DNA of 34,904 nt, taken from the sequence record DRR723986_10619. The stretch is one strand, 5' to 3'. A model generated the notes under the pieces. It was not told where the DNA came from and searched no databases. It saw only the letters and a list, made by a program, of their open reading frames with translations. Shown piece after piece: positions 26,667-34,904 of this stretch (position 1 is its first letter; every line of letters begins with the position of its first letter). A program made the translations under genes and the position numbers.

Positions 26667-28838
26667 ATGGCTGATGGGGTCGCCAGAACGGCGAAACAAA
26701 TGATGGCGTCTCCGAACCGGTTCCTGAACCGGGAGCTTTCGTGGCTGGAATTCAATCGGCGCGTTCTTGAAGAGGCAGCCAATTCGAATCACCCGTTGCT
26801 CGAACGCCTGCGGTTTCTGTCGATTTCTGCCAGCAATCTCGATGAATTCGAAATGGTTCGCTATGCGGGCCTGAGGGAGCAGGTTCGTGCTGGGGTGACC
26901 AAACCGAGCCAGGAAGGTCTGACACCTGCTGTGCAGGTTGAGCAAATTGAGGAACTGTCACTGAAGCTGATCGCCGAGCAACAGATGCGCTGGCGGCAGC
27001 TCAAAGACGAACTCGAATCTGAAAATATTCATGTGCTCGCTACGGGAGAACTTAACAAGAAAGACCTGTCAGATCTGGACGAGTTTTTCCGCAGCCACAT
27101 CTTTCCGGTCCTCACGCCGCTTGCCGTCGATCCGGCACATCCGTTTCCGTTCATCCCGAACCTCGGCTTTTCTGTCGCGCTCGACCTTGTGTCCAAGCAT
27201 GGCGACGAAGGACACATCGGTATCGTCCCATTGCCGGCCTTTGTGCGTCGCTTCATCCGTCTGCCGAGCAAGCAGAAGGGCGTGCTCCGGTTCCTTCCCC
27301 TCGAGGATGTGATCGGTCTGTTCATCGGAGACCTGTTCCCCGGTTACGAGGAAAAAAGCCGTTGCCTTTTCCGAATCGTACGTGACAGCGATATTGAGAT
27401 TGAGGAAGAAGCAGAAGACCTCATTCGTGAATTCGAAGTGCTTTTGAAGCAGCGCCGGCGTGGCCGTATTGTCAGGCTGCGTATGCAATCGAGCGCACCA
27501 AAGCATCTTCGGGAATTTATCACCCGTGAAATTGGTGCCGAGAATGCAGATGTCGTTCTGTATGACGGTATTCTGGGCATGGCCCAGCTTTCGGAATTGA
27601 TCGTTGATGACCGGCCCGACCTGAAGTTCCCGCCATATGATCCGCGTTACCCCGAACGGATCCGCGAAATGGGCGGAGATTGTTTTGCTGCCGTCCGGAT
27701 GAAGGACATACTGGTCCACCATCCATTTGAAAGTTTCGACGTTGTTGTTGAATTTATCCGGCAGGCCGCTGCGGACCCGCAAGTGGTTGCGATCAAGCAA
27801 ACACTTTACCGCACCACGAACAATTCCCCCATCGTTGCGGCGCTTGTTGAGGCAGCAGAAAATGGAAAGAACGTCACTGCGCTGGTGGAGATCAAGGCCC
27901 GCTTCGATGAAGAGGCCAATCTGAGGCTTGCCCGCGATCTGGAGCGTGCGGGTGTTCAGGTTGTATACGGATTTATTGAATACAAGACACATGCGAAGGT
28001 GTCGCTTGTGGTTCGGCGTGAAGGGGGCGAGCTGAGGACCTATACCCATTTCGGAACGGGAAATTACCATCCGGTCAATGCGAAGATATACACCGATTTG
28101 TCCTTGTTCACGGCCGATCCCGCGCTGGGGCGTGATGCGAACCGCCTTTTCAATTTCGTAACGGCGTATCGGGAGCCGCCTGAAGTCGGGCCGGAACTCG
28201 AAAAGATTTCGATGTCTCCCCTGAATCTGAAATCAAATCTCATTAAGTTGATCGAGGCAGAGGCGGCTGCAGCCAAGAAAGGCAGGCCGAGCGGCATCTG
28301 GGCCAAGATGAATTCCCTGGTGGACGGGGATGTGATCGATGCGCTCTACAAAGCCAGTCAGGCCGGAGTTCCGATCGACCTTGTTGTTCGCGGCATATGC
28401 TGTCTGCGGCCCGGAGTGAACGGAATTTCAGAAAACATCAGTGTAAAAAGTATCGTAGGTCGCTTCCTTGAGCATTCGCGTATCCTCTGCTGTGCAAATG
28501 GAGAAGCGTTACCGTCGCCCAATGCGAAAGTGTTCATTTCTTCAGCGGACTGGATGCCGCGCAATCTGGATAGGCGAGTCGAGGCGCTGGTGCCTGTTGA
28601 AAACCCAACGGTGCACCGGCAGGTTCTGAACCAGATCATGGTCGCCAACCTGAACGACGAATTGCAAAGCTGGCTGATGCGGGAAGATGGTTCCTATGTG
28701 CGGGCGAAACCGGAAGGGGACGGTACCGGATTCTCGGCGCACCGCTACTTCATGGACAATCCCAGCCTGTCAGGGCGGGGCAGCGCGCTTGAAGTTAGTC
28801 TGCCTCCGCGGCTACAGCCCAAGGGGAGCAAGGGCTGA
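26667..28838 (+). CDS. ppk1: Polyphosphate kinase 1
   Basis: [69 protein letters not shown]. Confidence 0.98.
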   Translation: MADGVARTAKQMMASPNRFLNRELSWLEFNRRVLEEAANSNHPLLERLRFLSISASNLDEFEMVRYAGLREQVRAGVTKPSQEGLTPAVQVEQIEELSLKLIAEQQMRWRQLKDELESENIHVLATGELNKKDLSDLDEFFRSHIFPVLTPLAVDPAHPFPFIPNLGFSVALDLVSKHGDEGHIGIVPLPAFVRRFIRLPSKQKGVLRFLPLEDVIGLFIGDLFPGYEEKSRCLFRIVRDSDIEIEEEAEDLIREFEVLLKQRRRGRIVRLRMQSSAPKHLREFITREIGAENADVVLYDGILGMAQLSELIVDDRPDLKFPPYDPRYPERIREMGGDCFAAVRMKDILVHHPFESFDVVVEFIRQAAADPQVVAIKQTLYRTTNNSPIVAALVEAAENGKNVTALVEIKARFDEEANLRLARDLERAGVQVVYGFIEYKTHAKVSLVVRREGGELRTYTHFGTGNYHPVNAKIYTDLSLFTADPALGRDANRLFNFVTAYREPPEVGPELEKISMSPLNLKSNLIKLIEAEAAAAKKGRPSGIWAKMNSLVDGDVIDALYKASQAGVPIDLVVRGICCLRPGVNGISENISVKSIVGRFLEHSRILCCANGEALPSPNAKVFISSADWMPRNLDRRVEALVPVENPTVHRQVLNQIMVANLNDELQSWLMREDGSYVRAKPEGDGTGFSAHRYFMDNPSLSGRGSALEVSLPPRLQPKGSKG

Positions 28839-30319
28839 TGCCGTTCCCGAATACGCATCGGGCTGCGATTATCGATATTGGTTCCAATTCGGTGCGCCTT
28901 GTTATTTTTGATGTGTTGGGCGCTTCGATCCTGCCAACCTTTAACGAGAAGGTCATGGCTGGCTTAGGCGTCGGACTCTCCAAAACAGGTAAACTTTCGG
29001 GCCCGGGACGAGACTCCGCATTGTCAGCATTGGCACGGTACCGGGCGATCCTGAAAGCATTGAACCTCAGAAATTTCGTGGCTGTGGCAACCGCTGCTGT
29101 ACGGGCCGCAGAAGATGGGCCGGAATTTATCCGAAAGGCGAACCGGGTTCTTGGCCGACCGATTTCGGTGCTTTCCGGCGAAGACGAAGCGCGTTTGTCA
29201 GCCCTCGGCGTCGAAGCCAGCTTTCATGAACCGCAGGGGGTCATCGGCGACCTCGGCGGCTCCAGCCTTGAGTTCATGCAGGTGGGCAAAGGCAAGGGCA
29301 AAGGTGAAAGCCTGATGCTCGGTCCATTGTCTTTGATGGAGGTTGCAAGCGACGCCAAGGAACTTCGCAAGGCCATTCGTTCTGAGCTGAAGAAATCCGA
29401 AGTGCTTTCTGGCGCGAAGGGGCGTTTCTTTGCCGTGGGTGGCGCCTGGCGAACCTTCGCCAAAGTGAACATGGAGATGGAAAACTATGCGCTTCAGGTT
29501 CTGCATGGCTACCAGATGAACCAGGGGCAGATCGCCCGAACCGCAAAGCTTTGCATAGACTCTCTCACGAATTCGACATCTCGTTCCATGCTGGAGTCCA
29601 TCGACAAGCGACGGGCGAAGCACATGCCGATTGCTGCGATCGTGTTGGAAGAGCTGCTGTCGATCAGTAAGCTCGATGGCGTATCGATATCGTCAGCCGG
29701 ATTACGTGAAGGTGTGTTGACGGATCTTACGGGCGCCGCGGTGTCTGATCCGTTACTGGATGGCGTGATCGCATTTGTCCGTCTGGATCACAACCAGATC
29801 GCCTTCGGACAGGCGCTCCACGAATTCATCGCGCCAGCCTTTGCTCCGGAAGAGGATCTTTTTGGTTCTCCTGCGGCAGATGTTCGAATAGAGCAGGCCG
29901 CTTGCATGATGTCGGACAGTGCCGGTCGCTTCCATCCGGATCACCGCGCTCAAATGGCATATGACCAGGCGTTGCGCGCGCCGTATGCCGGGGTGACACA
30001 TGCGGAACGGGCGATGATCGCTTACGCTGTCGGATGCCGCTATCAGAAGGACTTCAAACGCCCGAGCGAATATGTCGGCCTCACGTCCGAACCTCAGGCG
30101 GAACGCGCCAAGCAACTCGGCAGCGCCATGCGCTTGGGCGCGGTATTTTCAGGACGGTCCGGTCCGATCCTGCGCAGAGCCAAGCTCTCGAGAGATGGCG
30201 ACAAGCTTTGTCTCAGCGTCGGAAAAGCTGATCAGGCGATGATCTCTGAAACGGTTTCGCGGCGCCTTGCACAAACGGCGAATGCCCTACGGCTGCAACC
30301 GGAAATCCTGGTCAGTTAG
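28838..30319 (+). CDS. ppx: Exopolyphosphatase / pppGpp phosphohydrolase (Ppx/GppA)
   Basis: IDIGSNSVRL, ATAAVR, SGEDEARL, DLGGSSLE, VGGAWR, GLREG; TGATG overlap with ppk1. Confidence 0.93.
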   Translation: MPFPNTHRAAIIDIGSNSVRLVIFDVLGASILPTFNEKVMAGLGVGLSKTGKLSGPGRDSALSALARYRAILKALNLRNFVAVATAAVRAAEDGPEFIRKANRVLGRPISVLSGEDEARLSALGVEASFHEPQGVIGDLGGSSLEFMQVGKGKGKGESLMLGPLSLMEVASDAKELRKAIRSELKKSEVLSGAKGRFFAVGGAWRTFAKVNMEMENYALQVLHGYQMNQGQIARTAKLCIDSLTNSTSRSMLESIDKRRAKHMPIAAIVLEELLSISKLDGVSISSAGLREGVLTDLTGAAVSDPLLDGVIAFVRLDHNQIAFGQALHEFIAPAFAPEEDLFGSPAADVRIEQAACMMSDSAGRFHPDHRAQMAYDQALRAPYAGVTHAERAMIAYAVGCRYQKDFKRPSEYVGLTSEPQAERAKQLGSAMRLGAVFSGRSGPILRRAKLSRDGDKLCLSVGKADQAMISETVSRRLAQTANALRLQPEILVS

Positions 30320-30320
30320 A

Positions 30321-31487
30321 TCAGACGTCGAACAGACGGACCTGGCCGCCCTCAAACGAGACTGCCAGTTTGCCCGACAGCAGAGCCTGCGCCTTTCGGC
30401 CGAACAATTCGTAACGCCAGCCAATCATGGCCGCGATATCGTCCGATGTCTCGCCGCGGGCAATCCGGTCGATATCTGCAGCGTTGGCGATCAGGCGCGG
30501 AACGACATCATTTTCTTCTGAAACGTGCTTCAGCAGAACTTTCAGGAGTTCGGGCGCACCAGCCGGGATTTGTGCATTTTGACGGCGTGGTTCCAGCTCC
30601 GGTGCGAAATCGCCAGGATTGTCGAGCGCGGCCTGCACGGCATCCATCAGTCCTTGTCCGTGCTTTGAGCGGATGAATCCGTTCGGGACGGCGCGAAGCT
30701 GGTTGTAGTCATTCTCGCTGCGGGGCTTCTGGCTGGCAATTTCCTGAATGGCGTCGTCCTTAAGGATCCGGCGGCGCGGTTTGTCGAGCTCCTGGGCGAG
30801 CTGTTCGCGCCAGGCCGCCACAGCAACAACAAGCGCGGCATAATCCTTCTTCTGATTCCGAAGTTTCAGGCGTTGCCAGGCCTTGTCAGGGTCTGTGTCA
30901 TATTTCGCCGGATCTTCCAGATCCGCCATCTCCTCCTGAACCCATGTGAGCCGCCCACTCGATTCAAGCTTTTCCCGCATGATGAGGTAGGCGTCGCGCA
31001 AGTGCGTGACATCACCAAGCGCGTAAACCAGCTGCTTCTGAGACAGGGGACGGCGCATCCAGTCTGTGAACTGGCTCGACTTGTCGATCTGGCGCCTGAG
31101 GACCCGCTGGACCAGATTGTCGTAGGAAATGGAATCCCCATAGCCAAGCGCCATGGCTGCCACCTGGGTATCGAATATCGGGCCGGGGGGGTGGCCGATC
31201 AGGCGATTGAAGATCTCGATGTCCTGTCGGGCCGCATGAAAGACTTTTACGCGGTTGTCGGCGGCGATGAGATTAAGGAACGGACCGATGTCCAGATCTT
31301 CGGCGAGTGGATCGATCAGGCCTTCCACATCAGGGGAAGACGCCTGCACGAGGCAGAGTTCCGGCCAATAAGTCGTTTCCCGATGAAACTCGGTGTCGAC
31401 GCAGATAAAGTCGCTTTCGGCCAGTTTCCCGCAGAAATCTTCGAGGGCCGACTGCTCAGTAATGGGAGTCAGGGTGTTGTCAGTCAT
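30321..31487 (-). CDS. rnd: Ribonuclease D
   Basis: [49 protein letters not shown] domain; start at ATG 31487. Confidence 0.96.
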   Translation of the reverse strand: MTDNTLTPITEQSALEDFCGKLAESDFICVDTEFHRETTYWPELCLVQASSPDVEGLIDPLAEDLDIGPFLNLIAADNRVKVFHAARQDIEIFNRLIGHPPGPIFDTQVAAMALGYGDSISYDNLVQRVLRRQIDKSSQFTDWMRRPLSQKQLVYALGDVTHLRDAYLIMREKLESSGRLTWVQEEMADLEDPAKYDTDPDKAWQRLKLRNQKKDYAALVVAVAAWREQLAQELDKPRRRILKDDAIQEIASQKPRSENDYNQLRAVPNGFIRSKHGQGLMDAVQAALDNPGDFAPELEPRRQNAQIPAGAPELLKVLLKHVSEENDVVPRLIANAADIDRIARGETSDDIAAMIGWRYELFGRKAQALLSGKLAVSFEGGQVRLFDV

Positions 31488-31580
31488 CGCGGGCTTGCGT
31501 ATCGCATCGCCAGAACAAATGCGAGAGTCTATTACCTCCCGCAAACAATTACTGGACCGACCTTTCCGGAGACTGATCCG

Positions 31581-33413
31581 ATGCACGCCTATCGCACCCA
31601 TACCTGTGGGGAGCTTCGCAAATCCCACGTTGGTGAAACCGTCAAGCTGTCCGGCTGGCTACACCGCCGCCGTGAGCACGCCGGTGCCCTGTTTATCGAC
31701 CTGCGCGATCACTACGGTCTGACGCAGGTCGTCGTGTATCCGAACGCGGCTTTCTACGAGGACGCGAAGCGTGCCTCCGCAGAAAGCGTGATGACGGTGA
31801 CGGGCAAGCTTATCGCCCGGGATGCCGAGGCGGTGAATCCTGAACTTCCGACAGGTGAAGTTGAACTCCCGGCTGAGTCGCTCGTAATCGAAAGCGCAGC
31901 TGAAAAGCTGCCGCTGCCGGTCTTCGCCGAGCCTGATTACCCGGAAGACATTCGCCTTAAATACCGCTACCTCGACCTGCGCCGGGAAACGCTTCACAAG
32001 AACATGACCTTGCGCAGCGACGTCATCGCGAGCCTGCGCCGCAGGATGGTCGAGCAGGGCTTCACCGAATACCAGACCCCAATCCTGACGGCTTCGAGTC
32101 CGGAAGGCGCGCGGGACTTTCTTGTTCCGTCTCGACTGCACCCAGGTGAGTTCTATGCTCTGCCGCAGGCTCCGCAGCAGTTCAAACAGCTGCTTATGGT
32201 GTCCGGCTTCGACCGCTACTTCCAGATCGCGCCGTGCTTCCGCGACGAAGATGCCCGCGCAGATCGTTCGCCGGGGGAATTCTACCAGCTCGACATCGAG
32301 ATGAGCTTTGTGACCCAGGACGACGTGTTCAACGCGATCGAACCTGTTATGCGCGGTGTTTTTGAGGAGTTTGCGGACTGGGAAGGCAAGGGGCGTAGCG
32401 TTCCCGCAGAGCCGTTCCCTCATATTCCCTACGCGGAGGCGATGGAAAAATACGGGTCTGACAAGCCGGACCTGCGCAACCCGCTGGAGCTTGTCGATGT
32501 CACTGCATTCTTTGTCGACGAAGAAAAGACCGGCTTCGGGATCTTCGCCAAGATCATCAAGGGCGGCGGCAAGGTGATCGCCATTCCGGCACCAAAAGCG
32601 ACAGCTGAGAAGTCCCGGAAATTCTTTGATGACATGGACAAGTGGGCGAAAAAGGAAATGCAGGCGCCCGGCCTTGGCTATGCGCGACTGAAAGACTCCG
32701 ATGCCGGTGGCGTCGATAGCCAGGACCCTGCTTTGAAAGGGTTCGCCCCGGATCATCTGGCAGCCTTGCTGGAAAAACTGGGCCTCGGGGCTGGTGACGG
32801 CGTGTTCTTCTCGGCCGGCAAGAAAGGCGATGCCTACAAGCTGGCTGGCGCCGCCCGAAACAAGATCGGCGCCGAACTGGATCTGATCGAAAAGGACGTG
32901 TTCCGCTTTTGCTGGATCGTGGACTTCCCGATGTACGAATGGGATGAGGACAACAAGAAAATCGACTTCAGCCACAACCCGTTCTCGATGCCTCAGGGTG
33001 GAATGGAGGCGTTGGAGGCCGCCAAGACGGACGAGGAGGTCCTCGATATCAAGGCGTTCCAGTATGACATCGTCTGTAACGGTATCGAACTGTCGTCAGG
33101 CGCCATCCGGAACCATCGCCCCGAACTGATGCTGAAAGCGTTCGAAATCGCCGGTTATGGCCCGGAAGTGGTGGAGGCCGAATTTGGGGGCATGTTGAAC
33201 GCTTTCCGTCATGGCGCCCCGCCGCACGGTGGAATCGCGCCGGGTGTTGATCGCATCGTAATGCTGCTTGCGGATGCGGAGAATATTCGCGACGTGACGC
33301 TCTTCCCGATGAACGGTCAGGCGCGCGACCTGATGATGGGCGCGCCCAGCCCGGTTGACGACCGCCAGTTGCGTGAACTGAACATCCGGCTCGCGCCTCA
33401 GGTGAAATCCTGA
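31581..33413 (+). CDS. aspS: Aspartate-tRNA ligase (probably non-discriminating Asp/Asn)
   Basis: [71 protein letters not shown]. His in REHAG matches the ND-AspRS position. Confidence 0.97.
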   Translation: MHAYRTHTCGELRKSHVGETVKLSGWLHRRREHAGALFIDLRDHYGLTQVVVYPNAAFYEDAKRASAESVMTVTGKLIARDAEAVNPELPTGEVELPAESLVIESAAEKLPLPVFAEPDYPEDIRLKYRYLDLRRETLHKNMTLRSDVIASLRRRMVEQGFTEYQTPILTASSPEGARDFLVPSRLHPGEFYALPQAPQQFKQLLMVSGFDRYFQIAPCFRDEDARADRSPGEFYQLDIEMSFVTQDDVFNAIEPVMRGVFEEFADWEGKGRSVPAEPFPHIPYAEAMEKYGSDKPDLRNPLELVDVTAFFVDEEKTGFGIFAKIIKGGGKVIAIPAPKATAEKSRKFFDDMDKWAKKEMQAPGLGYARLKDSDAGGVDSQDPALKGFAPDHLAALLEKLGLGAGDGVFFSAGKKGDAYKLAGAARNKIGAELDLIEKDVFRFCWIVDFPMYEWDEDNKKIDFSHNPFSMPQGGMEALEAAKTDEEVLDIKAFQYDIVCNGIELSSGAIRNHRPELMLKAFEIAGYGPEVVEAEFGGMLNAFRHGAPPHGGIAPGVDRIVMLLADAENIRDVTLFPMNGQARDLMMGAPSPVDDRQLRELNIRLAPQVKS

Positions 33414-33415
33414 AT

Positions 33416-33453
33416 CAGAAATGCCCCGGGGTCATGACCTCGGGGCATTTCTG
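33416..33453. terminator. Bidirectional terminator, a near-perfect 38-bp palindrome between convergent aspS and the pentapeptide gene
   Basis: CAGAAATGCCCCGGGGTCA / TGACCTCGGGGCATTTCTG, with one G-T mismatch. Confidence 0.85.
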
Positions 33454-33471
33454 CGATCAAAACCAGTGGAC

Positions 33472-34188
33472 TTATTCGCAATCCGGCAGGTGAAGTCCGC
33501 TGGGGAGTAGCGTGCTCTGGGACACGCACGCGCCTTCAAAGTCGGCTTCCCGCCAGCCGCGAAGGCCAGTCAGGTTCGCGTCGACGAACCTTGCATCTTT
33601 GAAAGAGGCGCCTTGAGCATTCGCTCCATCAAACTTTGACATCGTCAGGTTGGCGCCATTGAATATGGCGGACATCAAGATCGTCCCGCTCAGGTCGGCA
33701 CTTGTCAGATTGGCACCGGAAAAGTCCGCCCCTTCAAGGGATGCAGTGGCAAGATTTGCGGCTGCGAAGTTCGCGCCGACCAGCATGGCTCTTTGAAGAT
33801 TTGTGCCGACGAGAACACTCTGCTTGAACTCGGCTCCAGATGCTTGAATGGCCTGCAAACGGGCGTTTACGAGATTGGCACCTGACAATTTCGCGGACGT
33901 CAGGACAGCTGAGCGCATGTCTGCGCCAGTGGCCTGAATGCCTTCGAAGTTGGTTTCCTTCGCCTGCGCGCCGCGCATGAACGCATATTCGAGGTTCGCT
34001 TCACGGTAGTTGGCGCCGCTGAGCGTCCATCCGGTCAGATTACGGCCTGACAGATTGCAACCGCCGCACGATCCGACATAGCTCGGCGCCCACGCAACCG
34101 GTTGACTCGGCTGGGTTTGCTCCTGCGCGAATGCATCAAAGGCAGTCGCAGAAGCAAGTGTGGCAAGGCTGAGCAAAACTCGGTTCAT
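33472..34188 (-). CDS. Exported pentapeptide-repeat protein, 238 aa
   Basis: Signal peptide MNRVLLSLATLASATAFDAFA; CGGC cap, then many A(D/N)(L/F)xx repeats; two C-terminal Cys. The track extension to 34491 overlaps the next gene. Confidence 0.9.
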   Translation of the reverse strand: MNRVLLSLATLASATAFDAFAQEQTQPSQPVAWAPSYVGSCGGCNLSGRNLTGWTLSGANYREANLEYAFMRGAQAKETNFEGIQATGADMRSAVLTSAKLSGANLVNARLQAIQASGAEFKQSVLVGTNLQRAMLVGANFAAANLATASLEGADFSGANLTSADLSGTILMSAIFNGANLTMSKFDGANAQGASFKDARFVDANLTGLRGWREADFEGACVSQSTLLPSGLHLPDCE

Positions 34189-34306
34189 GGCATTTTGGAT
34201 ACCGTTTTGTTTCGCGTGCCAAAACTGAACAAGCTGTAACGACTGTTTCAAAGTCACAGGTGTTGCAGAATTGCCATGAGTGCAGAAGGTGTGGAACCTG
34301 TCGTAT

Positions 34307-34904
34307 TTACTTCTGTTCTCGGCCTTCTTCGCCACAAGTATCGCACTCGATGTCACCATCTTCGCTGATCTCGAACAGGGTGAAGCTCCCGCAAACGGGA
34401 CACGCATCGCCGAGATAGTCGGGCGCGTTGAGTTCTTCTGTTTCCTCTGATTCTGCTGCGAGCTCTGCGGCTTCGGCTTCTTCGTCCGCAAGTTTTTGAG
34501 CCCGTTTCCGGTCCAGGATCACGATATTGTCCGGCAATTGACCCCTGGAGAAACCTCGAGAAATGATCTGGGCGGCTTCTTCGGTGAAAGGAGCAGGCTC
34601 GGTCCGGGTTCCGTCGGCAGCGCCCCGGCCAAGGCCGTCGTGGGTCACATCCACTTCGGCCAGATCGTCACGACCCAGATAGGAAACGGCCAATTCGCGG
34701 AAAATATAGTCGAGAATCGAAGTGGCGCGTGTAATGCGGTCATTCCCGGTGACAGCCCCAGCTGGTTCAAACCGGGTGAACACAAATGCATCGACGAATT
34801 CCTCCAGCGGCACGCCGTATTGCAGGCCGATGGAGGTCGCGATTGCGAAATTGTTCATCAGGCTCCGGAAAGCGGCGCCTTCCTTGTGCATGTCGATGAA
34901 GATC
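34307..34904 (-). CDS. nrdJ: C-terminal part of a class II (B12-dependent) ribonucleotide reductase-like protein (TSCPD-type domain plus Zn ribbon); 5' part outside the window
   Basis: [66 protein letters not shown]...CDTC; frame open to the window edge. Confidence 0.8.
   Translation of the reverse strand, partial: IFIDMHKEGAAFRSLMNNFAIATSIGLQYGVPLEEFVDAFVFTRFEPAGAVTGNDRITRATSILDYIFRELAVSYLGRDDLAEVDVTHDGLGRGAADGTRTEPAPFTEEAAQIISRGFSRGQLPDNIVILDRKRAQKLADEEAEAAELAAESEETEELNAPDYLGDACPVCGSFTLFEISEDGDIECDTCGEEGREQK

Noticed and set aside
30873..31580. 236-codon in-frame N-terminal extension of aspS in the ORF track (846 aa)
   Set aside because: It is the antisense shadow of rnd. The AspRS N-terminus MHAYRTH with an SD starts at 31581.
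8090..32975. Long antisense ORFs (8090-9400, 13294-14556, 20344-21375, 27069-28070, 31659-32975 and similar)
   Set aside because: Typical stop-poor shadow frames opposite real genes in high-GC DNA; no motifs or ribosome-binding sites.
33472..34188. Pentapeptide protein as a Qnr/MfpA quinolone-resistance gene
   Set aside because: A clear signal peptide and probable disulfide caps point to an extracytoplasmic location.
34205..34224. Sigma54-like TTGGCACG upstream of the pentapeptide gene (minus strand)
   Set aside because: The -24 element is perfect but the required -12 TTGC is absent (ACAA instead).
34189..34491. 101-aa N-terminal extension of the pentapeptide ORF
   Set aside because: It runs through the promoter region and overlaps the nrdJ-like 3' end in another frame. 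The signal peptide begins at 34188.
1..34904. CRISPR arrays, tRNA/rRNA genes, IS/integrase/prophage or defence systems
   Set aside because: No repeat-spacer arrays, cloverleafs, transposase or integrase motifs seen. Intergenic gaps are all about 200 bp or less and mostly explained by promoters or terminators.

Overview
A GC-rich, gene-dense segment of core chromosome from an alphaproteobacterium, most likely Caulobacterales/Hyphomonadaceae-like (inferred from divK-pleD, DUF2066-hdaA-ppk1-ppx, the GatB insertion and an alpha-type LexA box). It holds about 33 CDSs, in order: gatA (partial), two small uncharacterised membrane-protein genes, gatB, HIT, FemAB-like GNAT, GDPD, RidA, dinB, divK, pleD, MFS, rpmG (missing from the ORF track), Nudix, rnr, M23 peptidase, topA, lptG, lptF, pepA, holC, phnA/yjdM, ndk, purN, purM, DUF2066, hdaA, ppk1, ppx, rnd, aspS, an exported pentapeptide-repeat protein, and the 3' end of a class II ribonucleotide reductase-like gene. 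I found no rRNA, tRNA, CRISPR array, prophage, IS element or defence island, and I cannot support a large new multi-gene system. The best leads are finer-scale. (1) The NrdJ-like C-terminus keeps the four Zn-ribbon cysteines but lacks the two extra cysteines linked to turnover. (2) HdaA has Leu in place of the Walker A Lys. (3) The 127-bp dinB/divK divergent promoter carries a perfect LexA box, a CtrA box and a GANTC site. (4) There are apparent synteny breakpoints at lptG|topA and gatB|HIT. (5) A convergent pair of unknown membrane proteins splits gatA from gatB. (6) A possible UzcR-type site lies upstream of the pentapeptide gene. Family comparisons come from memory and were not searched.
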